Shown piece by piece: positions 36,691-45,154 of a DNA stretch of 64,000 bases (its first letter is position 1; each line of letters begins with the position of its first letter). The notes below the pieces were generated by a model. It saw only the letters and a program-made list of their open reading frames with translations, made no database searches and was not told where the DNA came from. The translations under genes were made by a program, and so were the position numbers. Source of the DNA: Calditrichales bacterium. GTDB lineage: Bacteria; Calditrichota; Calditrichia; Calditrichales; J004. The DNA lies in the NCBI GenBank assembly GCA_965267575.1, contig OZ254086.1:3200001-3264000 (forward strand). Reading direction: 5' to 3'.

Positions 36691-38370
36691 ATGCTTAGAC
36701 GATCGTCTATATCGTTAATTGCATTGGTGTCGCTGTTTTTAATTTGGGGTTGTCAGGAAGACCCCATGAGCACATCAGTTGAAAAGGATGTCTACTCAAA
36801 TGCAGCTTTTCTTTTAAAGTACACTGCTGATAGTCCGTTTAGCACGGACCTTATTGCCGGAGGTGGCAATGAAGCTTCTGCCATTGACGTCGGCGATGTT
36901 TTAATCTGGAACGATAATACCTATCTGTATGTAAAGTATGTCATCGAAGATGCGACTCCGGACGATCCGAGAGATGACTGGCATATTTGTGAGACCCATT
37001 TGGCCGTTGGCGATGAGCTTACGGATATTCCTCAGACAAAAAAAGGAAATCCTATTCCCGGTCAGTTTGAATTCTCACGCACCTATGATCCCTATGTTGC
37101 TGAAGATACCTACATGATCTCACTTGCAGACGCCGGTCTCGGTTTTGGCGAAACGGTTTATGTCGCCGCCCATTCTGTAGTATGCCAGTATGGAGGGTTG
37201 GAAGGACTGGAATACTCTTTACCGTCCAGTGTGGAGATGAAGGTGAAGTATCCTTACAATGGCGGTCCTGCCTATTTTCCTGAATTAACAGTGACTAATG
37301 GCGGATTCCTGGACGGCGTTTATCCGGGCTGGTGTGTAGATACGGATAATACCATCAACCAGAACACAACCTACACGGCCAATGTTTACTCCAGCTATGA
37401 AAGCATTCCTGCAGGAGCGATCGAATTTCCGGAAAACCTGGATCTGGTAAATTGGATTCTCAATCAAGACTACATTGGAATGACCTCACCTGGTGGTTAC
37501 GGCATCTATACCTATGGCGATGTTCAACGTGCTATTTGGACGCTCGTGGATGATAATAATTCAACGGCCGGATTAGGGAACTGGAACCAAAACAGGGTCA
37601 ACGAAATTCTCGCCGATGCCCAGGCGAACGGAGAGGGTTTTGAGCCGGGTTGCAACGACATCGTTGCTGTAGTTCTTGTGCCGGTAAATGGCAGCCAGGT
37701 TATTATCGCGCAGGTCGTATTGTTCGAACTGCAGATTATCTGTGAAACACAGTGTGAGACTGCTTGGGGTGATGGTATGCTGTTTGATGGCAATAACTGG
37801 GCAACCTACATCGAATATGTAGTCTGCGAGCCCGGACCAACGGTTACTCCTGGCTATTCCGGTCTGACAAAAGCAGCAGCCGTTCGCTATCGTGGAAACT
37901 CTTCGGGAAATGAAATCTATTTAGGCATACCGGACTTAGGCATTGGCAGTAATCGCGTTGAAGCAAGTTATCCCAACGTTTATGCAAACTGGCAGGATGG
38001 CACTTATTTTATGACCTTCTCATTCGACAAAGCCGAAAATAAGATAGTGACTACAATAGATGGTACCGGCGGTTCTGAAAGCCTGGAGTATGATTTCGAT
38101 GATTTATTGCCCCCGGGATGTCCGGTTTCCGATTGGAATGCCCTCGACATTAATGTTGTGGATCGACTGACAACAGGTGAATTGGCTTTTAATAATGTAA
38201 TGTTAAATGGTTTTTCCCTGGGTGATTTCGATGATGAAGGATGGAAAAACTGGACGGTTACCGGTTTTGATTTCAGTCAGAGTTTTACAGTAAGCGGTGA
38301 TTTGGTAGTTTCCGGATGGACCGGAAGCGAAACCAATAAACTTTCGATTGCGGTCGGTTGCTTACCTTAA
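36691..38370 (+). CDS. Multidomain lipoprotein with a thioester-domain-like insert
   Basis: Lipobox IWGC, AGGAGG RBS; WCVD (Cys codon 37333) ... VQRAIW (Gln codon 37525) embedded between GNPIPGQF/VAAH and ETAWGDG..NWATY. Confidence 0.8.
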   Translation: MLRRSSISLIALVSLFLIWGCQEDPMSTSVEKDVYSNAAFLLKYTADSPFSTDLIAGGGNEASAIDVGDVLIWNDNTYLYVKYVIEDATPDDPRDDWHICETHLAVGDELTDIPQTKKGNPIPGQFEFSRTYDPYVAEDTYMISLADAGLGFGETVYVAAHSVVCQYGGLEGLEYSLPSSVEMKVKYPYNGGPAYFPELTVTNGGFLDGVYPGWCVDTDNTINQNTTYTANVYSSYESIPAGAIEFPENLDLVNWILNQDYIGMTSPGGYGIYTYGDVQRAIWTLVDDNNSTAGLGNWNQNRVNEILADAQANGEGFEPGCNDIVAVVLVPVNGSQVIIAQVVLFELQIICETQCETAWGDGMLFDGNNWATYIEYVVCEPGPTVTPGYSGLTKAAAVRYRGNSSGNEIYLGIPDLGIGSNRVEASYPNVYANWQDGTYFMTFSFDKAENKIVTTIDGTGGSESLEYDFDDLLPPGCPVSDWNALDINVVDRLTTGELAFNNVMLNGFSLGDFDDEGWKNWTVTGFDFSQSFTVSGDLVVSGWTGSETNKLSIAVGCLP

Positions 38371-38384
38371 TAAAACCGGACTTG

Positions 38385-38414
38385 AAAGGGGATGTTTTTT
38401 ACATCCCCTTTTTT
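38385..38414 (+). terminator. Intrinsic terminator
   Basis: AAAGGGGATGT-ttttt-ACATCCCCTTTTTT. Confidence 0.85.
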
Positions 38415-38634
38415 ATCTATTTCTATAGCTTTAATTAATGTAGAAATTTTTATCCCTCTTGAAAATAATATCTTATATTATTTCAAAGGATCAACTCCAG
38501 TACCTCTAATAAATATCTTCTGAACCGATGATGCCAGGGATGACCGGTTACTAAAAAACAGGTCGTTTAAATGCATTACGGATTTATTATCCGAGACTCC
38601 CGCCTTTTTTTATCCCACCAAAAATGGAGGCCCT

Positions 38635-39258
38635 ATGAAGAAGATATCGCGGCGCCAAGCGATACGCTATATCGGCTCGTCGGTTGTGCTGACAACCGGT
38701 CTCAGTAGCTGCTGTTGTGTTCGTGACTGGCTAAAAATTTTCCCCTGCGATACGCCGGAGGAAAAATGGAAGGAGGAGAGTAAAAACTGGTGGAAGGAGC
38801 GCAAAGACCGGCGCACCGCCGAACGTGAAGAAGCTATCCGCAACGGCACACGCCCGGAGATAGAAATACCGTTTCCTTATCTGGTCTGCTGGCGACAGGA
38901 TGGCGCCCATGGTTCGGTGGCTGCACAATTTAGGGAATTTCAGTTTAATCAATGGGAAACATTCTGGGTTGTTATTTCCAATGAAGGAAATGGCGCCAGC
39001 TGGAATTGCATCGTTGAGGCGTATGAAACGCCATGGGGCAGTTACCGCAAACCTTTTGGAGGTTTTACCCTTAATGACAGGATTTTCGTATCGCTAATGC
39101 CGGGTGAATCAAGAGAGGTGAAACTTAATTTCCGCGTCACACGGGAACGGGGTGAATTAGTGATACGCTGCTATGACCCGTTTGCCGATTTTGGCCCATT
39201 GACCTACCTGCAGTATGACCGTCACTCCAACGGCTTCGGCTGGACGGCGTGGGAATAG
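38635..39258 (+). CDS. Putative Tat-exported lipoprotein with Ig/CARDB-like C-domain
   Basis: MKKISRRQAI twin-Arg, LSSCCC lipobox; GGAGG RBS. Confidence 0.7.
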   Translation: MKKISRRQAIRYIGSSVVLTTGLSSCCCVRDWLKIFPCDTPEEKWKEESKNWWKERKDRRTAEREEAIRNGTRPEIEIPFPYLVCWRQDGAHGSVAAQFREFQFNQWETFWVVISNEGNGASWNCIVEAYETPWGSYRKPFGGFTLNDRIFVSLMPGESREVKLNFRVTRERGELVIRCYDPFADFGPLTYLQYDRHSNGFGWTAWE

Positions 39259-39272
39259 GAAGGAGAACAATC

Positions 39273-41141
39273 ATGCCTAAATACGGAATACACCACATTG
39301 TTGTGGACAAGATGGTAGAAAAAATAATTGAATCCAGCCCGCCGGGATCTGCGGAAAGGGATATCGCCCAACTTATTAGTGATAACAGAGAGTGGGCAAA
39401 TCTGGGATCAATTGGCCCGGACGTCTTTTTCTGGGCCCCCGACTACGAGGAAATCGATAAACTCTATACGCTTTACGAAAATCTGAAAAAGGTCATCGAT
39501 CTCTATAATGAAATCGTTGAGCCGGTACGTCAAATCGGTGAGGCCGTCGGCGATGCCGTTGAACAAACGGTTGGCGAACTGGCACCATCGACGGTTGACA
39601 TGATAAAACTAACCCTGCGGGAAGTCAGGGAAACCGGTCAACTGCTTAAATCGTCCATTGCCACCGGGCTTTTCGCAGGTGTGATAAATATGAGTGACTT
39701 TTTTGCGGAATCGTTCAAGCTTCCCACGCTGACGCACCAGCTTTTTAACAGCTTTGCGCCGCCATTACAGAAGCAAATAAGCGGGGAAAAACCTTTTAAT
39801 GAAAATGAGTGGTACTGGTTCGACATGCTGCACTACAGGCGAACCGGTCCCTTTGCCGATCAACTGGTCAGCAACAGTGCCAGCAACAGCCAGAAAGCCT
39901 ACAGTTATGGCTACCTGACACACATTGCCACGGATGTTGTAGGCCACGCCTTTGTAAATCAGGTGGTGGGCGGACCATATCGTATGAATGTCCAGAAACA
40001 CGTGATGGTGGAAAACTACATGGACACCTGGGCTTTTAACAATTACTACCAGGAGATCATCTCCAAAAGCCTGCTTACGCGGATGCAGCTTCCCAACCCG
40101 GATACACTGCCCGACGCCATGGTTGATATGCTGGACACCTCTTTCCGCACGACATTTGCCAACCTTTACCCGACCCGGCTACGCGATCCCGGCTTTTTGA
40201 CGAAAGGCGAAATCCGTACCACGTACCGGCGTTTTCACGAAGTGCTCTCGCTGTTGAACGGCTTCTACATTGAACGTCCCGAAGAGCCTTTTTCCAATGT
40301 TGCCGAGATCCTGCAGCAAGCTCTGGATGATCTGCTGGAAGCGCCACCGCAACAGCCCAGCCCCGATCCAGATTTGCAGAGCTGCAGCTGGGAAGAGATT
40401 TTTTCCTTTGGACTGTCTTCGGATTCGCGCGATTGCTATGAAAATTTTTTCCGTGAAGCAGGTAAATATTTTCAATATATGGGAGAATTGCTTTACTGGA
40501 CGCTGGAAACAATGCTTGATCTGATTGATCTGTTGCTGGCTTCGCTGCTTTCACTGCCAGTGATGTTTCTGCTGGCTATCCTATACGGCATCCAGCTTTT
40601 GGCCTATGAAATTCTTCAAAAAGCAAAAGCTATTCTCGCTGAAGCCGGCTTTATTTATCCCGAGCCGGAACTGATTAACACCAGCATGGGCATCTCCGCG
40701 GTTACGACGTTAATGAATTGCAGCCCGCCCTTTAAATATCCGCGGGCAAAGGATGCTACAGTAAGCCATTTTCTGTGTCCCTTTTCCCAGGCCGAAAGTC
40801 CGACCACGGCGGCCGATTTTAATGATGCTTCCAATCTTGTTTTCCCGGACAATTTTATTGAACTACTGCCGTTTGAACAGAATAATCTTACCATGTATGC
40901 CAATGCGCCGGATCCGCGGGCAACGCGCGATTATCACTATAGTGCAAAACGTATCGGCAACGCGGCAGACTTCAGTCGCTGGCTGATCACCAATGCTGCT
41001 TCCGGCAACAGCGATGCGGCAACGCGCGAGGTGCTTTATGCAGACTGGAACCTTGATTCTGACAGGGGTTACGGATATAAAAACTGGGAGGGCCTGTTTA
41101 ACGCTGAGCGCTTTGGTTTTGATACGGAGTCGTTTGTTTAA
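39273..41141 (+). CDS. Zinc-dependent phospholipase C/P1-nuclease superfamily protein
   Basis: N-terminal IHH, GSIGPD, DMLHY, GYLTHIATDVVGHAFVN, HVMVENYMD. ATG 39273 with AAGGAG; no signal peptide visible. Confidence 0.82.
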   Translation: MPKYGIHHIVVDKMVEKIIESSPPGSAERDIAQLISDNREWANLGSIGPDVFFWAPDYEEIDKLYTLYENLKKVIDLYNEIVEPVRQIGEAVGDAVEQTVGELAPSTVDMIKLTLREVRETGQLLKSSIATGLFAGVINMSDFFAESFKLPTLTHQLFNSFAPPLQKQISGEKPFNENEWYWFDMLHYRRTGPFADQLVSNSASNSQKAYSYGYLTHIATDVVGHAFVNQVVGGPYRMNVQKHVMVENYMDTWAFNNYYQEIISKSLLTRMQLPNPDTLPDAMVDMLDTSFRTTFANLYPTRLRDPGFLTKGEIRTTYRRFHEVLSLLNGFYIERPEEPFSNVAEILQQALDDLLEAPPQQPSPDPDLQSCSWEEIFSFGLSSDSRDCYENFFREAGKYFQYMGELLYWTLETMLDLIDLLLASLLSLPVMFLLAILYGIQLLAYEILQKAKAILAEAGFIYPEPELINTSMGISAVTTLMNCSPPFKYPRAKDATVSHFLCPFSQAESPTTAADFNDASNLVFPDNFIELLPFEQNNLTMYANAPDPRATRDYHYSAKRIGNAADFSRWLITNAASGNSDAATREVLYADWNLDSDRGYGYKNWEGLFNAERFGFDTESFV

Positions 41142-41152
41142 CCCGGAATAGC

Positions 41153-41179
41153 AGGGGGGCAGGTCCGCCTGCCCCTTTT
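41153..41179 (+). terminator. Intrinsic terminator
   Basis: GGGGCAGG-tccg-CCTGCCCC-TTTT. Confidence 0.75.
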
Positions 41180-41287
41180 GGCTTTTTCTGCCTCTTTTAA
41201 GCTCACTCAATTTTGATTTAAAATTCAATTACCTTAAAATTGCCCTTTCCCAAAAAAACAATCCATATATAAACGGAAATTTGAAGA

Positions 41288-42169
41288 ATGCGTGTTTGGG
41301 CCATATCCGACCTGCATGTCGATTACGAAGAAAATATGTCGTGGATCGCGCAGCTTTCCCAGAGCGACTACAGCGACGATGTGTTGCTTGTGGCCGGTGA
41401 TATAAGCGATGATATCGGGCTGATGGAACGGGCGTTGAGCCTGCTTATGAAACGTTTTGGACGCGTCTTCTTTGTACCCGGCAATCACGACTTGTGGGTG
41501 CGTAAAGGTGACGTCGCCGATTCCGTGGAAAAATTCTACAGTGTGCTTAACTGCTGCGCCAAAGTGGATGTGGCGACGGAGCCGGAGTTTATAGCCTGTG
41601 ATGAAAACGGCGTTACGATCGTGCCGTTGTTCGCGTGGTACGTAAAACCGGAAGAAGGTGATGACAGCCTTTTTCTGCCCAAACCGGGCGAGGATCCTTC
41701 GCTGGGCATGTGGGTAGATAATTACGCCACCAGCTGGCCGGAGATGAACGGCCATGAAAATGTGGCGGACATGTTTTTATCGATGAACCGGCAAAAGATA
41801 AATGGTCCGCTGCAGGGCACAGTGATCAGTTTCAGCCATTTTCTGCCCCGCCAGGAGTTGATTTTTCCCAAAGGTTTTGTGCCCGGGAAGACGGTGACCA
41901 AATACAAAGATCCGGCGCCATCCTTCAATTTCAGCCGTGTTGCCGGCAGCACGCGCATAGACGAGCAACTGCGTGCCGCCGGTGCAAGCGCGCACATTTA
42001 TGGTCACCAGCACAGGGACCGTTATCGTGAAATCGAAGATGTTATTTATATATCCCACGGTCTGGGCTATCCCCGCGAGCGTGAGCGCAAAGGTATTAAG
42101 GACAGCGACTTTTTGCCGCTGTTGATCTGGGAGTGCACGAGCGGTTTTAAGTTCTACGAAGAATACTAA
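41288..42169 (+). CDS. Cytoplasmic calcineurin-like metallophosphoesterase
   Basis: ISDLH, VAGDI, PGNHDLW, SHFLP, YGHQH, GYPRER. Confidence 0.88.
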   Translation: MRVWAISDLHVDYEENMSWIAQLSQSDYSDDVLLVAGDISDDIGLMERALSLLMKRFGRVFFVPGNHDLWVRKGDVADSVEKFYSVLNCCAKVDVATEPEFIACDENGVTIVPLFAWYVKPEEGDDSLFLPKPGEDPSLGMWVDNYATSWPEMNGHENVADMFLSMNRQKINGPLQGTVISFSHFLPRQELIFPKGFVPGKTVTKYKDPAPSFNFSRVAGSTRIDEQLRAAGASAHIYGHQHRDRYREIEDVIYISHGLGYPRERERKGIKDSDFLPLLIWECTSGFKFYEEY

Positions 42170-42193
42170 AATTAAATCAAGGAGATTTTTTTT

Positions 42194-43585
42194 ATGGTGC
42201 GTTCAGCTTTTTTCCTCATTCTGTTCTCGCTTTTTACTGTTGGTTTTGCCCAGGAGCAGGCGGCGAAAAATGAACATGATGCTTTTATAAAGAAAATTTA
42301 TGATCATACGCTGACCAGCGGTCAGACACATCTAATGCTAAAAGAGCTTTGCGCCATGTATCCGCACAGGCTCAGCGGTTCCGCCGGGGCCGAGGGCTCT
42401 GTGCAGTGGGCCAAAAAGCAAATGGAAGATTTTGGATTTGACCGTGTTTTCCTGCAGGAAGTAATGGTGCCGCATTGGGAACGTGGAGAAAAAGAGCAGG
42501 CTGTGATTATGCTCGAAAACGGCGAGACGATAGATTTGAGCGTGCTTGCCTTAGGGCGCTCCACGGCAACACCGGCTGAGGGTATTACCGCGGAAGTAGT
42601 TATCGCCAATCGCCATGAAGACCTGGCCGCCATGGGCCGCGAAAAGCTGCAAGGAAAGATCGTTTTTCTGGAAGAGCACTTTCCGCAGCAACATATACGA
42701 ACGGGCAGGGGCTATGGCGTCGCCGTTCGAAAGCGTAGCTCCGGTGCGTCGGAAGCCGCAAAATACGGTGCACTGGCTGTCGTGATACGCTCGGTAACCA
42801 CGGCCATGGATGACGTGCCGCATACCGGGGCCTTACGTTACGCGAAGGATGATTCCGTGCAAATTCCTGCCGGGGCATTGGGTTACCAGTCGGCCGACAA
42901 GCTGAAACAGGCCGTTCAAAACAATCCCAAAACAAAAATGTTTCTGCGCATTAACGCCCAAACCCACCCCGATAAAATGTCGCATAATGTGATCGGTGAG
43001 ATCCGCGGCAGCGTCTATCCCGATTCGATCATCATGGTTAGCGGACACCTGGACGGCTGGGATGTGGGCGACGGCGCACATGATGACGCGGCCGGTTGCA
43101 CGCACGCTTTGTCGGCGATCCGCACGCTGCAGTTGCTGGGCTATAAGCCTCGCTACACACTGCGCGTGGTAATGTATATGAATGAGGAAAATGGCCTTAA
43201 AGGCGCCTATGCCTACGCCGACAGCGCTGTGGCCAAAGGTGAAAAACACGTACTGGCAATGGAATCGGACGCCGGAGGCTTTACGCCGCGTGGATTTGGA
43301 TTTTCGGGCAAGGCGTCAAGTCTGGAAAAGCTGCGTGGTTTTCTTGATTACTTTCCGCAATATACGATTGATTTTATTTTGGATGGCGGTGGCGGCGCCG
43401 ATGTTAACCGTCTGCGCGATGCCGACGGCACACCGACCATGGGCTATGTCCCGGATTCACAGCGCTATTTCGATTTTCATCATTCGCCGGCCGATGTTTT
43501 TGAGGCGGTCAATCGCCGCGAACTGGAACTGGGCACAGCATCTATGGCCACAATGGTGTATTTGATAGACCAGATGGGCTTGTAG
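42194..43585 (+). CDS. Secreted M28 peptidase (carboxypeptidase Q-like, PA domain)
   Basis: RLSGS, GHLDGWDVGDGAHDD, NEENGL, ESD, YFDFHHS. Confidence 0.9.
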   Translation: MVRSAFFLILFSLFTVGFAQEQAAKNEHDAFIKKIYDHTLTSGQTHLMLKELCAMYPHRLSGSAGAEGSVQWAKKQMEDFGFDRVFLQEVMVPHWERGEKEQAVIMLENGETIDLSVLALGRSTATPAEGITAEVVIANRHEDLAAMGREKLQGKIVFLEEHFPQQHIRTGRGYGVAVRKRSSGASEAAKYGALAVVIRSVTTAMDDVPHTGALRYAKDDSVQIPAGALGYQSADKLKQAVQNNPKTKMFLRINAQTHPDKMSHNVIGEIRGSVYPDSIIMVSGHLDGWDVGDGAHDDAAGCTHALSAIRTLQLLGYKPRYTLRVVMYMNEENGLKGAYAYADSAVAKGEKHVLAMESDAGGFTPRGFGFSGKASSLEKLRGFLDYFPQYTIDFILDGGGGADVNRLRDADGTPTMGYVPDSQRYFDFHHSPADVFEAVNRRELELGTASMATMVYLIDQMGL

Positions 43586-43593
43586 CGGAAGAG

Positions 43594-43668
43594 TGAATTG
43601 GTGAGTCGGTGGATTACTGAATTATTGAAGATATCCATCAATTCATCAATTCACCATTCCATTAATTT
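43594..43668. repeat. Inverted pair of degenerate TGAATTxx 8-mer arrays
   Basis: tgaattgg tgagtcgg tggattac tgaattat, then tccatcaa ttcatcaa ttcaccat tccattaa, between convergent genes. Confidence 0.7.
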
Positions 43669-43679
43669 AATATTTTCCT

Positions 43680-43940
43680 TTATTTGGCCTGCTCCCAGGG
43701 AATACCCATATCAATAAGCATTACCGGGATACCGTCATCCACACGGTAAACGGTCTTTTGGTCTTTGGTGATCAGACCGTCGTCGAGCTGTTCCGGTACG
43801 ACCTCGCCGCTCACATAGCGGATGTGTCCTTTGCGTACTTTCTCGTTGAGTGCTTTCAATTCTTTTTCTTCCATCTGCCGCACTTCAACTTTTGTCTTGG
43901 GGCAGCAGAGAATTTCCAGCAATTCTTTATCGATGGGCAT
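43680..43940 (-). CDS. Trm112-family (YcaR-like) protein
   Basis: IDKELLEILCCP.TK...YRVDDGIPVML; ATG 43940 with AAGGA. Confidence 0.85.
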   Translation of the reverse strand: MPIDKELLEILCCPKTKVEVRQMEEKELKALNEKVRKGHIRYVSGEVVPEQLDDGLITKDQKTVYRVDDGIPVMLIDMGIPWEQAK

Positions 43941-43951
43941 AGGTGTTCCTT

Positions 43952-44374
43952 TCAATGACTACATTCGTCGCACAGGCCTTCGGCGTTTACGACGATATGA
44001 TCGAGCTTGAAACCTGTGGGCAGGTCGATATGAATATTTTCGGTTGTATCCAGGCAGAACAGGTGGCCGCAACGGTTACATTTAAAATGTAAGTGTTCAT
44101 GCTCCGCTTCATCATGATGAGAACCTGCGTCGCTCAGCATAAATTTACTGACACCGTCGTCATCTACAACTTTATGAATAATGGCCTTTTCTTCCAGCGT
44201 ATGCAGCGTCCGGTACAGTGTAACCCTGTTAAAAAGGGCTCCGAATTCGCTTTCGATATCGGCGTGGGAGAGGGCATGGCTGCAGCGCTCCAAAAGCTCG
44301 ATAACCGCCATACGTACCGGCGTCGGGCGGATGCTTTTTTCTTCCAGCGACTGCTTAAGGTCTTGTTTTTTCAT
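43952..44374 (-). CDS. Fur-family metalloregulator, probably Zur
   Basis: RPTPVR, TLYRTL, HEHLHFKCNRC, GLCDEC. Confidence 0.88.
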   Translation of the reverse strand: MKKQDLKQSLEEKSIRPTPVRMAVIELLERCSHALSHADIESEFGALFNRVTLYRTLHTLEEKAIIHKVVDDDGVSKFMLSDAGSHHDEAEHEHLHFKCNRCGHLFCLDTTENIHIDLPTGFKLDHIVVNAEGLCDECSH

Positions 44375-44396
44375 CCTGCTAATTTTTTTGTAAAAA

Positions 44397-44455
44397 TATA
44401 TTGCAACTCAGTTGCATTAAAAAATCCGGTCTTGTATATTGCAACTCAGTTGCAA
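44397..44455. promoter_or_regulatory. Two tandem Zur-like operators
   Basis: TTGCAACTCAGTTGCAT (44401-44417) and TTGCAACTCAGTTGCAA (44439-44455); 20-bp exact direct repeat, 38 bp apart. Confidence 0.8.
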
Positions 44456-44493
44456 GTTAATACGAGTCATTTACTTTTTCAAGAATATTCAAA

Positions 44494-44919
44494 ATGCATT
44501 CTTTCCTTAAATTTCTGCCCACCCATCTTTTGGACCGTTTTGGTATGTCGGCGTCGTTTTTGTGCGCCGTCCATTGTACAGTCTTGCCTTTCCTGGTGCC
44601 GCTTATGGCGATCAGTGGTTTCGGCTTTTTATGGCAGCCGGCCTTTGAGATTTTTATGATCGTCTTTGCGCTGGTTGTCGGCGGACTTTCGCTTGGCAGC
44701 GGCTATCTGCATAAGCACCATAAAAAATATCCGCTTTTTTTGCTGCTGGGTGGCATTGCCGTTTTGCTGCTTACCAAACTCTGGCCGCATCACCATGATT
44801 CTTTTCTGCATCCGCTGGAGATCGCGGCGTTGGTGACCGGCGCTGCTATGATCATTGCGGCGCACGTGTCCAATTCACGGCTCAGCCGCCACTGTCCGGC
44901 CTGTTCCTGTAAGCATTAA
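44494..44919 (+). CDS. MerC-domain His-rich membrane protein
   Basis: DRFGMSASFLCAVHC..LP, HKHH, HHH, AH..N, C-terminal HCPACSCKH. Confidence 0.82.
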   Translation: MHSFLKFLPTHLLDRFGMSASFLCAVHCTVLPFLVPLMAISGFGFLWQPAFEIFMIVFALVVGGLSLGSGYLHKHHKKYPLFLLLGGIAVLLLTKLWPHHHDSFLHPLEIAALVTGAAMIIAAHVSNSRLSRHCPACSCKH

Positions 44920-44934
44920 GCTCAGCGGCAATGT

Positions 44935-44968
44935 TGAATTGCTGAATTACTGAATTTTTGAATTATTG
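44935..44968 (+). repeat. Degenerate TGAATTxx 8-mer array
   Basis: tgaattgc tgaattac tgaatttt tgaattat. Confidence 0.75.
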
Positions 44969-45154
44969 CTTTAGGCACGTTTCCCTAATCTTCGCTTTTA
45001 CTTTAATCTGGCTTCGTAGCAAGCATTAAAATATAGTGGATTGTTTTAGGCTTTCATTTTAGTTTTTGACTGATGCTGTTTTTTGTTGCTACAGGAACAG
45101 CGTTTTTCTTTTTACTTTTTTCTTGACTAAACGACACTCAACAAGGAGGCTCCC

